NCBI RefSeq assembly: GCF_009914755.1
Contig: NC_060947.1
DNA from: the human T2T-CHM13v2.0 reference genome, Homo sapiens
Strand: one strand, 5' to 3'
DNA length: 64,000 bases
The notes beneath the pieces were generated by a model. It saw only the letters and a list, made by a program, of their open reading frames with translations, did no database searches and had not been told where the DNA came from. Position numbers and translations under genes: made by a program. Below, one piece after another: positions 1-18,230 of the stretch (within the stretch, counting starts at the first letter, position 1; each line of letters begins with the position of its first letter).

Positions 1-1535
<1,535 letters not shown>

Positions 1536-1569
1536 GCTGAAATTATAAAAACCTGAAAATCCTAATTTT

Positions 1570-2215
1570 TAACAAGGACATGGAACCTGCGCAACTTTCA
1601 TGTATTGCTTGTGGGAGTCTAAATTTTTTCAGTCACTTTGCAAACTGTTTTGGCAATATTTACCAGAGATTAACATGCATTTACACTATTAACTCATTAC
1701 TTTAACTCCTAGCTATACACTCAAGAGAAATGAGTGTGTATGCCCACCAAAATATATGTTCAAGAATATTCACAGAAGGTTTGTTCATGATAACAGAACT
1801 GGAAGCAACTCAAATAATCATCTATAGAAGAATGGAGAAATAAATTGTGGAATATTCATACAATGGAATTTTACAGAGCAATAATGAAGGCAAACTACTG
1901 ATACATTAACATCGATGCATCAGAAACATAATGTTGAGTAAAAGAAGCCAGACCAAAAAAGTACATACTGTATGATACCATTTATATAAAATTCAAGAAC
2001 TGACAAAACAAGTGTATGTGTTGAGAAATCATATTAATGATTACCTCTGGGACAAAATAGATATTGATTCTGAAAGGGCCATGAAGGATTCTCTTGGGTG
2101 ATGGTAATGTTCTAATCTTGCCCTGGGTGTTGGTTACACAGGTATTACATATGTAAAAATTCATAAAACTGTAGAGTTAGAATTTAGGTGCTTTGCAGTA
2201 TGTGATTTATATTTC
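1570..2215 (+). mobile_element. L1ME/L1MB-type 3' end
   Basis: Typical 3' end text: aatgttgagtaaaagaagccagacc...tactgtatgataccatttatataaaattcaagaac. Confidence 0.8.
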
Positions 2216-2733
2216 TAATATGATAAAGCATTAATCCTGCCTGGAACTCAGTGAGACCTTCTCGGCTTGCAATTTTTTTTTTTAGGGAAAATTTTTCTTC
2301 TATTATTTGTTTTATTATTACCCTACCTGCATGTTCTTTTTCTTCCTTCCAAAACTCCTGTTATTTACAGATTAGGTATTCTATATCCATTTGTTTTCTA
2401 AGTCTCTTTTACATCTTTTTGTAGTTTCTTCTGTGTTCAGAAAGTTTTCTTTTACTCCATCTTCCGGGCCCCTAATTTTTTGTCATGACAAGCTATCAGC
2501 TTATCCTTCAATATATCTACTGAATTTTTAAATTTAAAAATACACTTTTTAGTCCAGAAAGCCTTTTTTAATATTATAATTGGATTTCCTTAACTGCACA
2601 TGCTTTATTTTCTTCAAGTGATCATTTTAATTTTTTTCTTTCCCAGAGCAGGGAACATTACTGTACATTACTGGGGAGCCGCCTGTTGGCAGTACTTTAT
2701 TCATTCACTTTCTGGCTGTTATATTTCCTTAGG

Positions 2734-2842
2734 TAGGGTGACAATATAATTTCTCATCCAGATTTTTGAGTGCAAGTGGGGGGGGCTATTAATAATTACC
2801 AACAAATAACAATACCAACAAAGACTGTCTCATGGTGATTAG
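2734..2842 (+). mobile_element. MER94-like hAT-Blackjack MITE
   Basis: tagggtgacaatataattt...gggggctattaataattac resembles the MER94 consensus. Confidence 0.6.
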
Positions 2843-3629
2843 AGTATATAATTAGAGTATATAAAGTCAGCCAACCTTTATGTGCCAATTTATGGCTTGA
2901 GCCTCTGGTTCAGATGCTAGAGAATGATGAGCAACCACAATCCCGAGAATGACGGGAAACTCAGAAATCTTGGTCTCTGGAGGCAGACAATGTGCTGGAT
3001 GGCAAGTTGTCAGGCTCCAGTCTTCCAAGCTGTAATGATCAGAACGGTTTCTCAAGATATTTATAATAAAGAATGTCCAGGGTAGCAGAAAAATTCAATT
3101 ACACAAAGGCTGGAAAATATTTACTGAATTCACAGTTAAAATATATTGGTCTCCTTATTGAGAATAATTTCGGTAGTGTAGTAAAGGGCAAAAGCCATAT
3201 TGTAGTACGTTTTACAGTGAATGAGGTCTTAAAAACACAGATGGCAAGTGTAGATTATTTATGTTTCCTTCAAAGGAGGAAGAAATGGGTGAATGTTAAG
3301 GGTACAGGTAAGGGCTTGCTCTTGAAGGGGAGGAAGGATACTCCATCACCTGAAAATGGAGGTAAGAAGGTAAGGATAGGTGTGGCTATAGATACTTTGT
3401 TATCAGACTTTTCATGAGCTAAGTAAGCTTACATATAAAAATTTAATTTTATTAAATTCAAAATTCAGAGAGTATTCACGTATAGACACTGAAAGTTCTG
3501 CGTCCACTCAGTTCTCTTCCCTATAGGCAATGATGCTATTAATTTTTATAAAATATCTTTGGAAGAATAAACAAAAAGTAAATAGCATCATTACCTGTAG
3601 GGAAGAGAACTAAGTGGATATAAAAATTT

Positions 3630-4450
3630 TCCATTTTTTTTTATGTGGATGTACCACAGTTTATTACATTATTCCTTTATTGTTGGACATTTATATTGAT
3701 AACAAATTTTATTGTTATAATTTTTTAATATCCTTTGACAGAAATCTTCTTATATAGCTCTGATTGTTTTCATAGACTGTATATCTGGAAGTGTACTTAC
3801 TGAATTATATGCTTTTAGGATTCTTGGTACTTACTGACAAATTGCTTTCCAGAAAGGTTGCAGCAGTTTACATTCCTGTTAGCAGTGTATGAGTCTATGA
3901 ATGTGAGTGTGTCTGTCTCACTGCCTCCCTGCCAACCCTTACTGGCAGTATTGAATTTTAACTGTTTTCTTTGTTAATAGGTTGAAATTAGTATTTCAAT
4001 TTTGTTTTACTATGTATTTGTTAGATTATTACTATTTTTGACCATCCTTTCATGTGTGAATGTACTTTTTAAACTTATTTCAACTTTGTATACCTTTTAT
4101 TCCTTTTTAAACTGAGATATGCCCTTTTGTTGATTTGTAATAGCTTTTTATATTGAAAGGATATCAGTGTGAATATTATTTCTTTCTATATTATCACTTT
4201 TCAACTTTATGATTTTTTTATTTGTAAGAGATTTACATTTTCTTAAATGTTAAATATATATGCTTTTTGTATGCTATCTTCTCTTGAAGGTTTCTTAGAA
4301 AGTCCTTGCCTTTCATGTCAGTGAAATACTAAACAAATATTTTCATTTTTGATGGTTTCGTTTTTTACCTTTTTATTCTATAATTCATCTAAAATTATTT
4401 TCGGCATGTGGTATGGTGTTAAATCCTATCTAATTTTTTGCCCCAAGATA
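3630..4450 (-). mobile_element. L1ME fragments
   Basis: Diverged antisense L1 3' region (aaattgctttccagaaaggttg...cagtgtatgag). Confidence 0.7.
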
Positions 4451-4836
4451 ACCATAATTTTTCAATGGTTACTCAAAGGCCAGGCCAACTATAGGCTGAA
4501 AGTCATAGTAAAAAAATAGTACATTTTAAGGATGTGATTGGTGAAGGAAAACATTCCATATGTGGTAATAGGGTGAATCTTCTGAGTGCTGATATAGTCT
4601 CTCTAGGCTGAAGTATTTAAAAGGTGGTGAGTATGTGGATATTCACTCCTTTGACCTGCTATTGCTCCTACAGTTTTAACAATTTAAAAGGCAGTAAACA
4701 TGAGATGTCCTCATTTGATCTGATAAATTAATCAATGCTTGTAGGCTGAATTCATTGGCTGCTTCTGGAAGTAGCTAAGAAGAAAAGGAGGAACTAAAGT
4801 TGCTTCAGTTTGTGCACATTGTTCCCTATACAAGTG

Positions 4837-4855
4837 TGCCCAGTAGAGGGAGCAA
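4837..4855 (+). promoter_or_regulatory. Candidate CTCF site
   Basis: CCAGTAGAGGGAGC matches CCASYAGRKGGCRS with one mismatch, in repeat-free sequence. Confidence 0.5.
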
Positions 4856-5359
4856 CTGGGCGCTGAAATCCAGTCCAGGTTCCACTTGCACTGGTTGAAG
4901 TTGCATTACTTGGAGGAAGGGGTATCTTTTTCTACTTCACACAAAGGTGCATTATGGGCTAGTGGTGCCTTGTGGTGGTGTGGTTCACTCATTTCTATCC
5001 TTGATCTTGTGCATATTCTTTGGTTTTTGTTTGCTGCTTCAGTGGTAAACCAAAGTGAAAGCAAACCTAAAACAAATCAGAGTAATTATTCTTGCCAATG
5101 CTGAAGCTTAAACAGGCCTTTATGGTCTGTCTTAGCTAATTGTATAACACTGTTTTTAAAAATGATCATTTCTCCCCTTTGGTTTGTAATGTAAACTTTA
5201 ATTATCCCTCCTCCCCCCAGAAATATCTTTATTTCATTTTCAGTTCTTGATAACACATGATCATGTTGAAGCATTCGAAAAATACAGAGAATTGTATCCG
5301 CCTTCCAAGAGTAGCCATTGCTAACAATTTGGTATATATACTTCACAAATCTTTCATAA

Positions 5360-5874
<515 letters not shown>

Positions 5875-5926
5875 TAAATTGTAAGACATGAAATTGCTGG
5901 ATCAAAGCGTATGGCCATTTAAACTT

Positions 5927-5988
5927 ATATATGTGTATATGTACATGTATATGTGTATATGTGTGTGTGTATATATATATATATATAT
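5927..5988. repeat. (TA/TG)n microsatellite
   Basis: Directly visible. Confidence 0.9.
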
Positions 5989-6200
5989 TCCTCCAAGCTG
6001 GTTGTATCAATTTACACCTCACCAATACTATAAAAGAGTATTTATTTCCTTACTCTGTTGCCTCCACTGGAGAGTGTCATGCTCTTTAATCTTCATCAGT
6101 CTGATAGACAAAATGGATATTTAGTGTAAATTAAGTGCTCAGTACATATTTACTGAATGAAAATATTGTGGTTTAATATTGGTGAAATTAACCATCAATT

Positions 6201-6423
6201 CAAGGGCTCAGCAAACTTTTTCTGCAGAGGACCGGGTAGTAAATATTTTTAACTTTGCAGGCCACATAGTCTCTGTTGCATCTACCCAACTCTGCCTCAT
6301 TGTAGTAGGATAGCTACAATGCATAGACAATATGTAAGTGAAATGGCTGTGGCTGAGTTCCAATACGTACGAAAACTGGCAGCAGCCAGATTTGGCCCAT
6401 AGGCAATAGTTTGATGATCCCTG
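6201..6423 (-). mobile_element. MER58A hAT-Charlie MITE
   Basis: TIR-like ends caagggctcagcaaact / agtttgatgatccctg; reverse of the copy at 25801. Confidence 0.85.
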
Positions 6424-6429
6424 ATTTAT

Positions 6430-8500
6430 TTATATGTTTGAGGGCCATTTAGATTACTTTTGCGAATTGCTACCTGTATCCTTTATATCTTTTTTTTTAT
6501 TGGGGGATTTGTTTTTTTCTTGCTGATTTGTAAGTGCTCTTTATTCGATTCCACCACAAAGTCACATTATTAATAGTCCTTTGTCTTACGCTGCAAATAT
6601 TTTTTTCCAAGCTTTTTATTTGTTTACTAACTTTTCTTATGGTTTCTTTTCCCTATATATATTTTTATTTTGTATTGAATTAAAAATCTGTCAGTCTTTT
6701 GCTTTGTGGCTTCTGGATTAATGTCTTATTAGAAAGGTCTTCCTTGCTCCAAGATTATAAAAAATTCTGTATTTTCTTCTTTTGCTTTTATTTTAACTGA
6801 AAAATATTTAAATGTTTACTACATTTGGAATTTATTTTTAATTGACATAAAAAAGATCTAACTTTAATTTTGAAGTGGATAATCTATCATTTATGCCTTG
6901 ACTTGAAAAATAATTTTTATGTATTTATTTTTTTATTTGTGTCATTTTAAATTTCTTTTACATGTTTTACAGTTTTCAGTATACAGCTCTTTCATTTCAT
7001 TGGTTAAATTTACTCCTAAGTATTTTGATTTTATACATATATTATAACATCACATTGTACCCCATAAATGTATACAATTATTATTTGTCAATAAAATAAT
7101 GATAAAAACGAAAAAGACAAAAATATTATTGTGTAAATGGAAAACCACAAATGTAGATTTTAAATCACCTTTATTGTATACTAAATTCCCATATACACAT
7201 GGGTCTGTTTCTGATCTCTGATTTTCTGACTTATGCATTATGGATTTTTTTTGTGCTATTTTATATGACATCTGTTTCACTACATTATCTAATGTATTAT
7301 TGCTTGCAAAGAAAATCTTTTGAGTTTATGTATATATATAACTGAATTGTTCTTATTATTTCTAATAGTTTTTCTCTTGAATTTTCTAGGCTGTCATATC
7401 ATCTGCAGACAATGATAATTTTGCCTCTTTCAAAATAAATGCCTCTTGTTGCAGTGGCTAGAATTTATATGATAATGTCGTATAATAGTGGTGATAATGG
7501 ATATCCTTATTGTGTTCCTGATTTTAATAAGAGCTCTTGTGTTTCATTGCTAGGTATGTTTGATGGTAATTTTTGATAAATATTCTATCATCTTTAGAAA
7601 GATTTCTTCTTTTCCTAGTTTATTATTTTTTAAAAATAAGGATGGATTTTGAATTATCAAATGCTGTTTCGGCATCCATTGAAATGATCATATAATTTTT
7701 CTCCTTTAACCAGTTTATATAATAAATTATGTCAATAGATTTCCTAATATTGAGTCATCTTTTTTGTTAGAATCAAAATGCATTGTTCTTTTAGTTATGT
7801 ATTACATTCTAATATATTGTTGGGTTATATTTGCTAATGTTTTATTTAAGATTTTTACGTTTGTATTTCTGGGGAGGTTTAGTCTGACAATAATTATTTT
7901 TGTGCTGTCTTTTTCAAGTTTTGTATTAGGCATTTGCAAATTTATGAAATAAATTGGGAACAAATTTAAATATGATATAGTTAAAATGTTAAAACGACGC
8001 AGAAAATATCTGTTCCTTGGGAGAATCATGAAAATTATCTATAAACATTTATGGATCTAGTGACCTTTGGGAGAATACATGTTTGACAACATAACCAATT
8101 TCATACTTAGTTTTTATTCATTATAGGTGTTTTATTCTTCATTTAGTCAGTTGTAGTAACGGTACTTTCTTAGAAAATCATCCATTTTATCTAGATATTC
8201 AAATTTCTTGGCATGAGTTCCTACATACAATACTCTTATTTTAAGAATGTGATTGTTTCTGGCTTTCATGTCATACCCAGTGGCAAACAAGACAGATGAG
8301 ATACTTGCCTCCACGAAGTCTACATCCAGTGTTGCACATTTAGGAAGCAGACTCTGTTGCACAATGGCTAACGCATTGGACTTTAGCCTAAATCGAAAGA
8401 GATTCATTGTTGTACATTTATATTTTCTTTCTTGGATAAACTTGTTCAGTGTTTTATTTATAATTCCATAGGAAAAACATAACTTTATCATCTCTGCTGT
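6430..8500 (-). mobile_element. Old L1M fragments, with a short + strand L1MA 3' tip (about 7045-7100) and an L2 piece (about 8275-8330)
   Basis: L1 antisense motifs (gtcatatcatctgcagacaatgataatttt; catccattgaaatgatcata); ORF 8147-8491 contains the L1-like 'LDKMDDFLRKY'. Confidence 0.7.
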
Positions 8501-9033
8501 TTTATTTCTAAGACATTATTTTTAAAATTTCAGTATTTCCATAAACATATTTTTGTTATGGGAATGTTCAAATATATACAAAAATAGAAAGAATTATGTA
8601 ATAGACTCCCAGGTCCTTATCAGCTATCTTCAACAATGATAATTTATAGCCAGTCTTATTTCATTTTCACTGCCAAACCTCTACATTTTTCAAAGCAAAC
8701 CCCAAACATCTTATCACTTCATCTACAAACACTTCAGAAAGTGTCTCTAACAGGTGAGTGTTTTTTTAACATAACAATACCATCGTCATTCCTAAACATT
8801 GACAATAATTTACTAATAATATTATTTGACATCAAGTCAGCATTCAAATTTCTACAATTGTCTAATAAAGTATCTTTTTACAGGTGAATCAGGACAAGCT
8901 CTACAAATTGCATTTGGTTGACATATTTCTTTCACTTTTCTATTTATTTTGAAAAATTGTAAACATATATGAAAGTGGAAACAGCAGTACAATGAAAACT
9001 TGTATACCTTCCACCAGCTTCCGTATTTGTTAA

Positions 9034-9682
<649 letters not shown>

Positions 9683-9900
9683 CACAGTGTCTTTATATGC
9701 ACATATATATTCGTCTCTGTATTACTTTAAAGTAATTTGCAAACATCCGGATATTTCAGCATATTCTAGTAATAATAAAAATCCCATAGTGCCATTATAA
9801 TTATTAATAATAATTCCATAATAACATGTAATATCCAGTTCATATTCAAATTTTCGCACTTAGTCACAACGTTTAAAAAAATAATACCTGGATCATGTCA

Positions 9901-10217
<317 letters not shown>

Positions 10218-10234
10218 GGCACAGAAGCACAGAA

Positions 10235-10420
10235 GCCAACATGAAGGGGCTCCTACTGGTTAAGTTGGGGATAATTTCATCATCAAAATAAATCCAAAGT
10301 GTGATAAAGAATGGGATATTTACATTGTTTCAATGTACCTCCCTAGTAAATACATACTAATTACAAGGGGATAAAGAATAACTTTAGAGAGACAAAGCCT
10401 GGCAAATAATACTCCAAAAA
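10235..10420 (+). mobile_element. L1MC 3' UTR fragment
   Basis: aacatgaaggggctcctactgg...tactaattacaagggg motif. Confidence 0.6.
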
Positions 10421-11927
10421 ACAAGGGATATTTTTATTTTAGCTGTTTTTCCTTGAATCAATATCCAATTAATTTCACACATTGCAAATAAAATATCTCT
10501 TTAAATCTATACCAATCTTCTTATTCCTTTTTGTTCTTGCAGTACCTTTGTTGAAAAAGCATTTATCCTTTAGAACTTTCCACATTCTAAATTTGTCAGC
10601 CTTGTCTATTAACATAAACATTTTAGCTTTAATTTAATCTGTTTCTTACAGTATCTAGTCTGAAAATTGAGTTAAATTTAATACAGGTGTGTTTTAAAAA
10701 TAGTTTTATAATGATAAAATTTCAAGCATATACTAAACTGGATGGAATACCACTGTTTTAATGTGACTTTTTAAAATGTTTTACTTATTAGGTGATTATA
10801 CTTTAATATGCATAATGTGATTTTTTAAAAAAAGTAATTGGTTATGAATAACTTCTAAATCTTTGCTAAGAACTATCTCTAAAGTCCAACGGTTTGATTT
10901 CCAAATCAGTTTGTGTTTATAAATTCTCAAATCCTTAATATTTCGGCTAAAGAATACTGCACTTGCCAACAATAATTGGGAAATGAATCTTGCAGAGAAA
11001 TGACCAGTTTTTCTCCTGTAAGCCAGTGTTTAGATTCAGCAGTCGTTTATTAGATTATTCTTGCTAAAGTAATCAGTTTTAGGGATCAGGTTAACCTGGG
11101 GCACCAAGTTAACACTGGTAACAGTACGCTGGTTTCCTCTCTGTCCTTTTAATGTGGACGAGAGAACTTTATAAGCAATAGAAGAACAAATGAAATCACA
11201 TTTGTGTGATGAAGACTTAAAAAGTACCTTGTCTTCTTTTTACTTAGAATGTTTTTGATGACTGGCAGTTTAGTTTTTATGTCTGAAATATTCCCCAAGT
11301 TTAATTCCAGTTTAGATTGCTTTTAAGGTGAAATTAAGTAGTCTGATTGCATTATAGCTTTCTGTTTCTTTTAAAGTGTATTTTACACTTATTGCCACAA
11401 GTTTCTCCAATATCTATCATATTGAAGTTGAACATCAGCTTTGAATACCTATAGAGAACCCTTGAGGTATCACAGATCATCAGTCTCCTTAGAACGAACA
11501 CAGTTAAGACTGGAGCTGATAAAATGTTGAGATGACATTGGGAAAAAAAATGAATACAAAATTACACTTAAATTAGGTATGGAAATGAATATTTTAAAAT
11601 GAGGTTTTCTCTTTCTCAAATCTTTTCAGGCAACTTACCAGAATAGGTGACATGCCAGTGCTTTTTGATTGCACCTTTTTTTTTTTTGCTATACCTGGAA
11701 TGCCTGAGAGCTTAAAGCAACTGCTAGCACTCAGGCAGGGCCCTCGTGCAAGTGCTGGCCCCTTAAGCTCAATCTACTTGTGGAGCTTCACAATAAACTT
11801 TCCTCAGTCCGAATTGCTTAGCTTCCAAACACAGTGGACTTTCAGTCTGTTTAATTTGACTTCTGCCATTGTAGTTTAGATGAGAGGTATGCAGGGTTTT
11901 GGTTTTTGTTTTTGTTTTCATGACAGT

Positions 11928-12959
<1,032 letters not shown>

Positions 12960-13433
12960 ACAACAGTGATTTAATACTTCCTTATCCTTAGGTACATGAC
13001 CGTGTTATCCTAAGGATATAAATGTCTGGATGCTTATTGCACATGTACATATATGCCATATGTAGGTAACAACAACAATAATATGTAGGTGTGTGTAGGT
13101 AACAACAAAACCAAATCAATTAACTGTGATCTGCAAACAGGTAGTAGAATTCAGATGCTTGCCTAAATTTAACCAGTTTTGAACAAATGTTTTGGGTGTA
13201 CTCACAAGCCCCGATGAGATATTAGGGAGCTGGAATAGGTGACTTTTAAGACCTGGAAAATCTTAGATTCTAGGAAAAATAAACTAGTTCTTGGTAAAAT
13301 AATGTACAATATATTCACACAAAAGCGAGGTAGATGTATATGTGCAAATATGGATTGTGTCTAAAATAAATATTAAGAGAGGAAAATGTTGCAGTCAGTG
13401 GGTAGTGTATGATCTCAATGGTGCTATGGAAAG

Positions 13434-14338
<905 letters not shown>

Positions 14339-15354
14339 TTAATAATTAAAATGCAAGGTAAAACATAAAAATATATTTTATTTATAAATAAGCTTATAGA
14401 CAAAATATATACATTTCCAGGAGGATATACCAGTTTCTGAGCTGAGAATGCAGTGAATCAAAGTTGTCAGGAATTTTGACTGTGCATCTAGGTGAATTAT
14501 TTTAAAAAACAAGAAAATAAAATGTACTGAAAGCTCATAACTGACTTTTTCTTATGTGCAAGGTGTCATTTTAAAATAATGAGACTAGTCCCACAAGTTA
14601 AGCATTAAAATCACTTTCATCATAATGCGAAATGATGGTTTATGGAAAAAAAAGAAGAAAAAAGATTCAATTTGAGAAATTATATCTCTTTTTAGAGAGA
14701 TCATTGACCCTACTTGGAGATGAAACCTCACACATGGTCTTGTCCAGTCAGTGGAACAGCCTTCTACCCATCCAGGATGGAGTGTCTCAGGGACTTGTGG
14801 TTGTTTTTTAAACTGCGTTCCCTGAACCTCCCCCTTCTACCAATCAATGAGCTTGGTTTGTATTTGTTTTACGGGTTGCGGTTCCACATGAGATTTTATG
14901 TGAGAGCAAAATAAAGATTTGACAACTACTTCTTACATGGGCTGAGGTTGCAGATAGATGAAAGAAGGGATGATAAATGTCCGGAGGAGTCAGACTTACA
15001 CCTGGGAAGGCACAGGTATTTGTCAATTCTAAAGGCTGAGGGGATTGATTAAGAGAGTAGGTAGCAAGATATGAAGCAGATACCTTCAAGGGAGAGACAA
15101 GGAAGAGGTGCTCATCATATGTCTGGGATCAGCCTGGGATCAAGCCTGTTAACACTTTTGTCTGGGGAGGTTCTTTTCAGCTCTGTGGACTGTCACTGCC
15201 ACTTCAAAGAGCCACACTGAAACTGGACAAAAGTAAACTCTCCTTGCAGTTCATGTCATGTGCAGACTTTGAGGATTAGCGTCCATTTAGTTCAGCTATT
15301 ACCTTTTTTCACCTTGATAGTGTGTACTTTTCAGTGAATTTACCAGTTTTCAGT

Positions 15355-16150
15355 CCTAAGAACAGTGATTAAGGGCCCAGGCTCTGAAGTCACGCAGACT
15401 TGGTTTATGGTTCTAACACATACAAAGCTGTGTGTGTCCTTTAAGCAGATCATTTGACCTTTAAGGATTAGGTTCCACATCTGTAAATTGGTTGTGGTGA
15501 TCCCAAGTTGCTAAGGTTACTGCTGCGGTTAAATGAGATAATGCTTGTAAAGTGCCTCATGAGTATTAGATATTCAGAAAATATTACTGCTCATATTGTT
15601 CAAGCAATGCACATAAATATTTGTCCATTTAATTTCCTTGACTGTGTGACTGTGTTGCAAACTAAATAGATAAAATAATTGCACAAAAGCTGAATAGCTT
15701 TACCTAGCATTCCTTCTTTGTCACGAACTTATTTCTTCACTCTCATGCCATTGCTATCCACGTTTATCAACTACCTGCTACATATATACTCCATCTCATA
15801 GGATTGTAATGATGATCAAATGAGGCAATGAGCATTTAGCATAATACTTGGCAAATAGCAACAGCTCGATAACTATTGGCTGTCATCAGTAGACAGTCTA
15901 GAGGACAGTGACTGCCTTTGGACTCAAACAGATGTGGGTTTAATTCTTAGTTCTGCTATTTATTGGCTGTGTGACATTTTGCAAGTTATTTAACCTCTCT
16001 AAGTCTTAGTTTCTTTTACAGATAATGCAAAATGAGGCTATTACTGGAACTAATGTCATAGGGATGTTGTGAGGATAAAATGATATAGTATGTGTAAAAT
16101 CCTTAGCATAAGACCTGGCATACAGTAGGTGCTCAAAATGCAAATATTAA
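15355..16150 (+). mobile_element. Cluster of three MIR fragments (about 15355-15590, 15790-15880, 15895-16150)
   Basis: MIR core text (aagttatttaacctctctaagtcttagtttc; cctggcatacagtaggtgctca). Confidence 0.8.
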
Positions 16151-16370
16151 TTGTAATACAGATGCTGATGGGTATAATTATGAAGTCAAGCTCACCATTG
16201 AGAGTGCAAATGAGAGGAGATAGGGGACCCTGAGGTATTGTTGCCCATGGACTGCGCAGACACTTCCATCTTCCTTTCTTACTTCCTTCTAATCCCAATA
16301 CTGTGCTTTTAGACAATATGGCCACAGGGCTATTAAGATGATATTTCAGGCTATTTGCTTCTCCCATTAA

Positions 16371-16764
<394 letters not shown>

Positions 16765-16937
16765 AGGATTTTTCAGTTTCTGTATCTGCTCTTCTTTCTG
16801 CCATTTCTCTCACTGACTGCAGCATGTTTCCCTGCAGGCAGCTATACCTTTCACTGATTCCTTCTTCCAATGTCTTACTGCTAATTGTTAAGACAACCAA
16901 ACCAGCTATCCCAGCTTGTTGCTGGGTTATGTCCAAG

Positions 16938-17765
16938 GGCAAATCATCTGAATATACATTTCTCCAAAGAAGATACACAAATAGCCAATAAGCAGATAAA
17001 AAGAAGCTCAACATAATTAGCTATCAGAGAAATGAAAATCAAAATTACAAGCCACTAGGATGGCTAAAATGAAAAAGATAGATAATAACAGTGTTGACAA
17101 AGATATGGAGTATTTGAAACTCTCATACATTGCTAATGGGAATGTAAAATGGTGCAGTTTCTTCCTTTGGAAAAAACAGTCTGAAGGTTTCTCAAAATGT
17201 TAAACACAGAGTTATCATATGGCCCAGCAATTCCACTTCTAGGTATATACCCAGAAGAAATGAACACATACATTCATAGATAAACTTGTACAAAAATGTT
17301 CGTAGCAGCATTGTTCATACTAGCTATAAAGTGGAAAAACCCAGATGTCTATCAGTGAAGGATGGATAGACAAAATGTGGTATATCCATATGATAAAATA
17401 TTATTCAGCCATAAAAAGAATGAGGTACTGATACATGCTTCAACATGGTTGTACCTTGAAAACATGGTGTTAAGTGAAAGAAGCCAGTCACAAAAGACCA
17501 CATCTTGTATGATTCTATTTGTATAAAATGTTCAGAACAGGCAATTCCATGGGAATAGAAAGCAGATTAGTGGTTGCCAGGGGCTGGGATAAGGGGGAAT
17601 GGGGCAGTGACTGCTTAATGGCTTTTTGGGTGATGAAAATGTTCTGGAATTAGATAGTGGTGATGCTTGCACAAGTCTGTGAATATACTGAAAGCTACTG
17701 AATTGTACACTTTAAAGGAAAGAATTGTATAGTATAAATACAGCTGTTATAAAAAATATATAAAA
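16938..17765 (+). mobile_element. L1MB-type 3' end
   Basis: ORF2 end plus MB-type 3' UTR (gattagtggttgccaggggctgg...gttctggaattagatagtggtgatg). Confidence 0.85.
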
Positions 17766-18019
17766 GATTGTTCAGGCTTTGAATGAGGACTGGAGGAGCC
17801 CATCCTTGAGCCAAGGGCAGAGATGTGGAGCATGAACTTTGCAGCCTCATTTTAGGCCCTTCAGCGACTTTTCTGTTTTCTGATTTAAAAGTGTTTTCTA
17901 GATTGCCGATGCTGCCAGATAAATGACTTTCCTGATCTGTACTTGAGAAGGCAAATATACATTCATGTTTGTTTTTGACATACAATTTTATAAAACATAA
18001 CTGTTGCTACCTTTTATGG

Positions 18020-18230
18020 CACCGTTCTATTCACTTATTCTGGGCTAACTTCTGGAATTCTCACTCCAACTTTTTAAGGTAGGTATTACAATTCACCCCA
18101 TTTTACTGAGGAAACTGAGACACAGAGAAGTTAAGTAACTTAACCAAGGGTACGCAGCTAATAAGTAGCACAGAATTTGAACCCTGATGGTCAGCCTCCA
18201 GCACCTATGCTCCTAATTGCTACACTACAT
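18020..18230 (-). mobile_element. MIR
   Basis: ccccattttactgaggaaactgagacacagagaagttaagtaact. Confidence 0.85.

Noticed and set aside
3073-3417. 114-aa ORF
   Set aside because: Overlaps L2-like decayed sequence; no recognisable domain or splice context.
12983-13018. 10-bp inverted repeat tatccttagg/cctaaggata
   Set aside because: Short enough to occur by chance or minor slippage.
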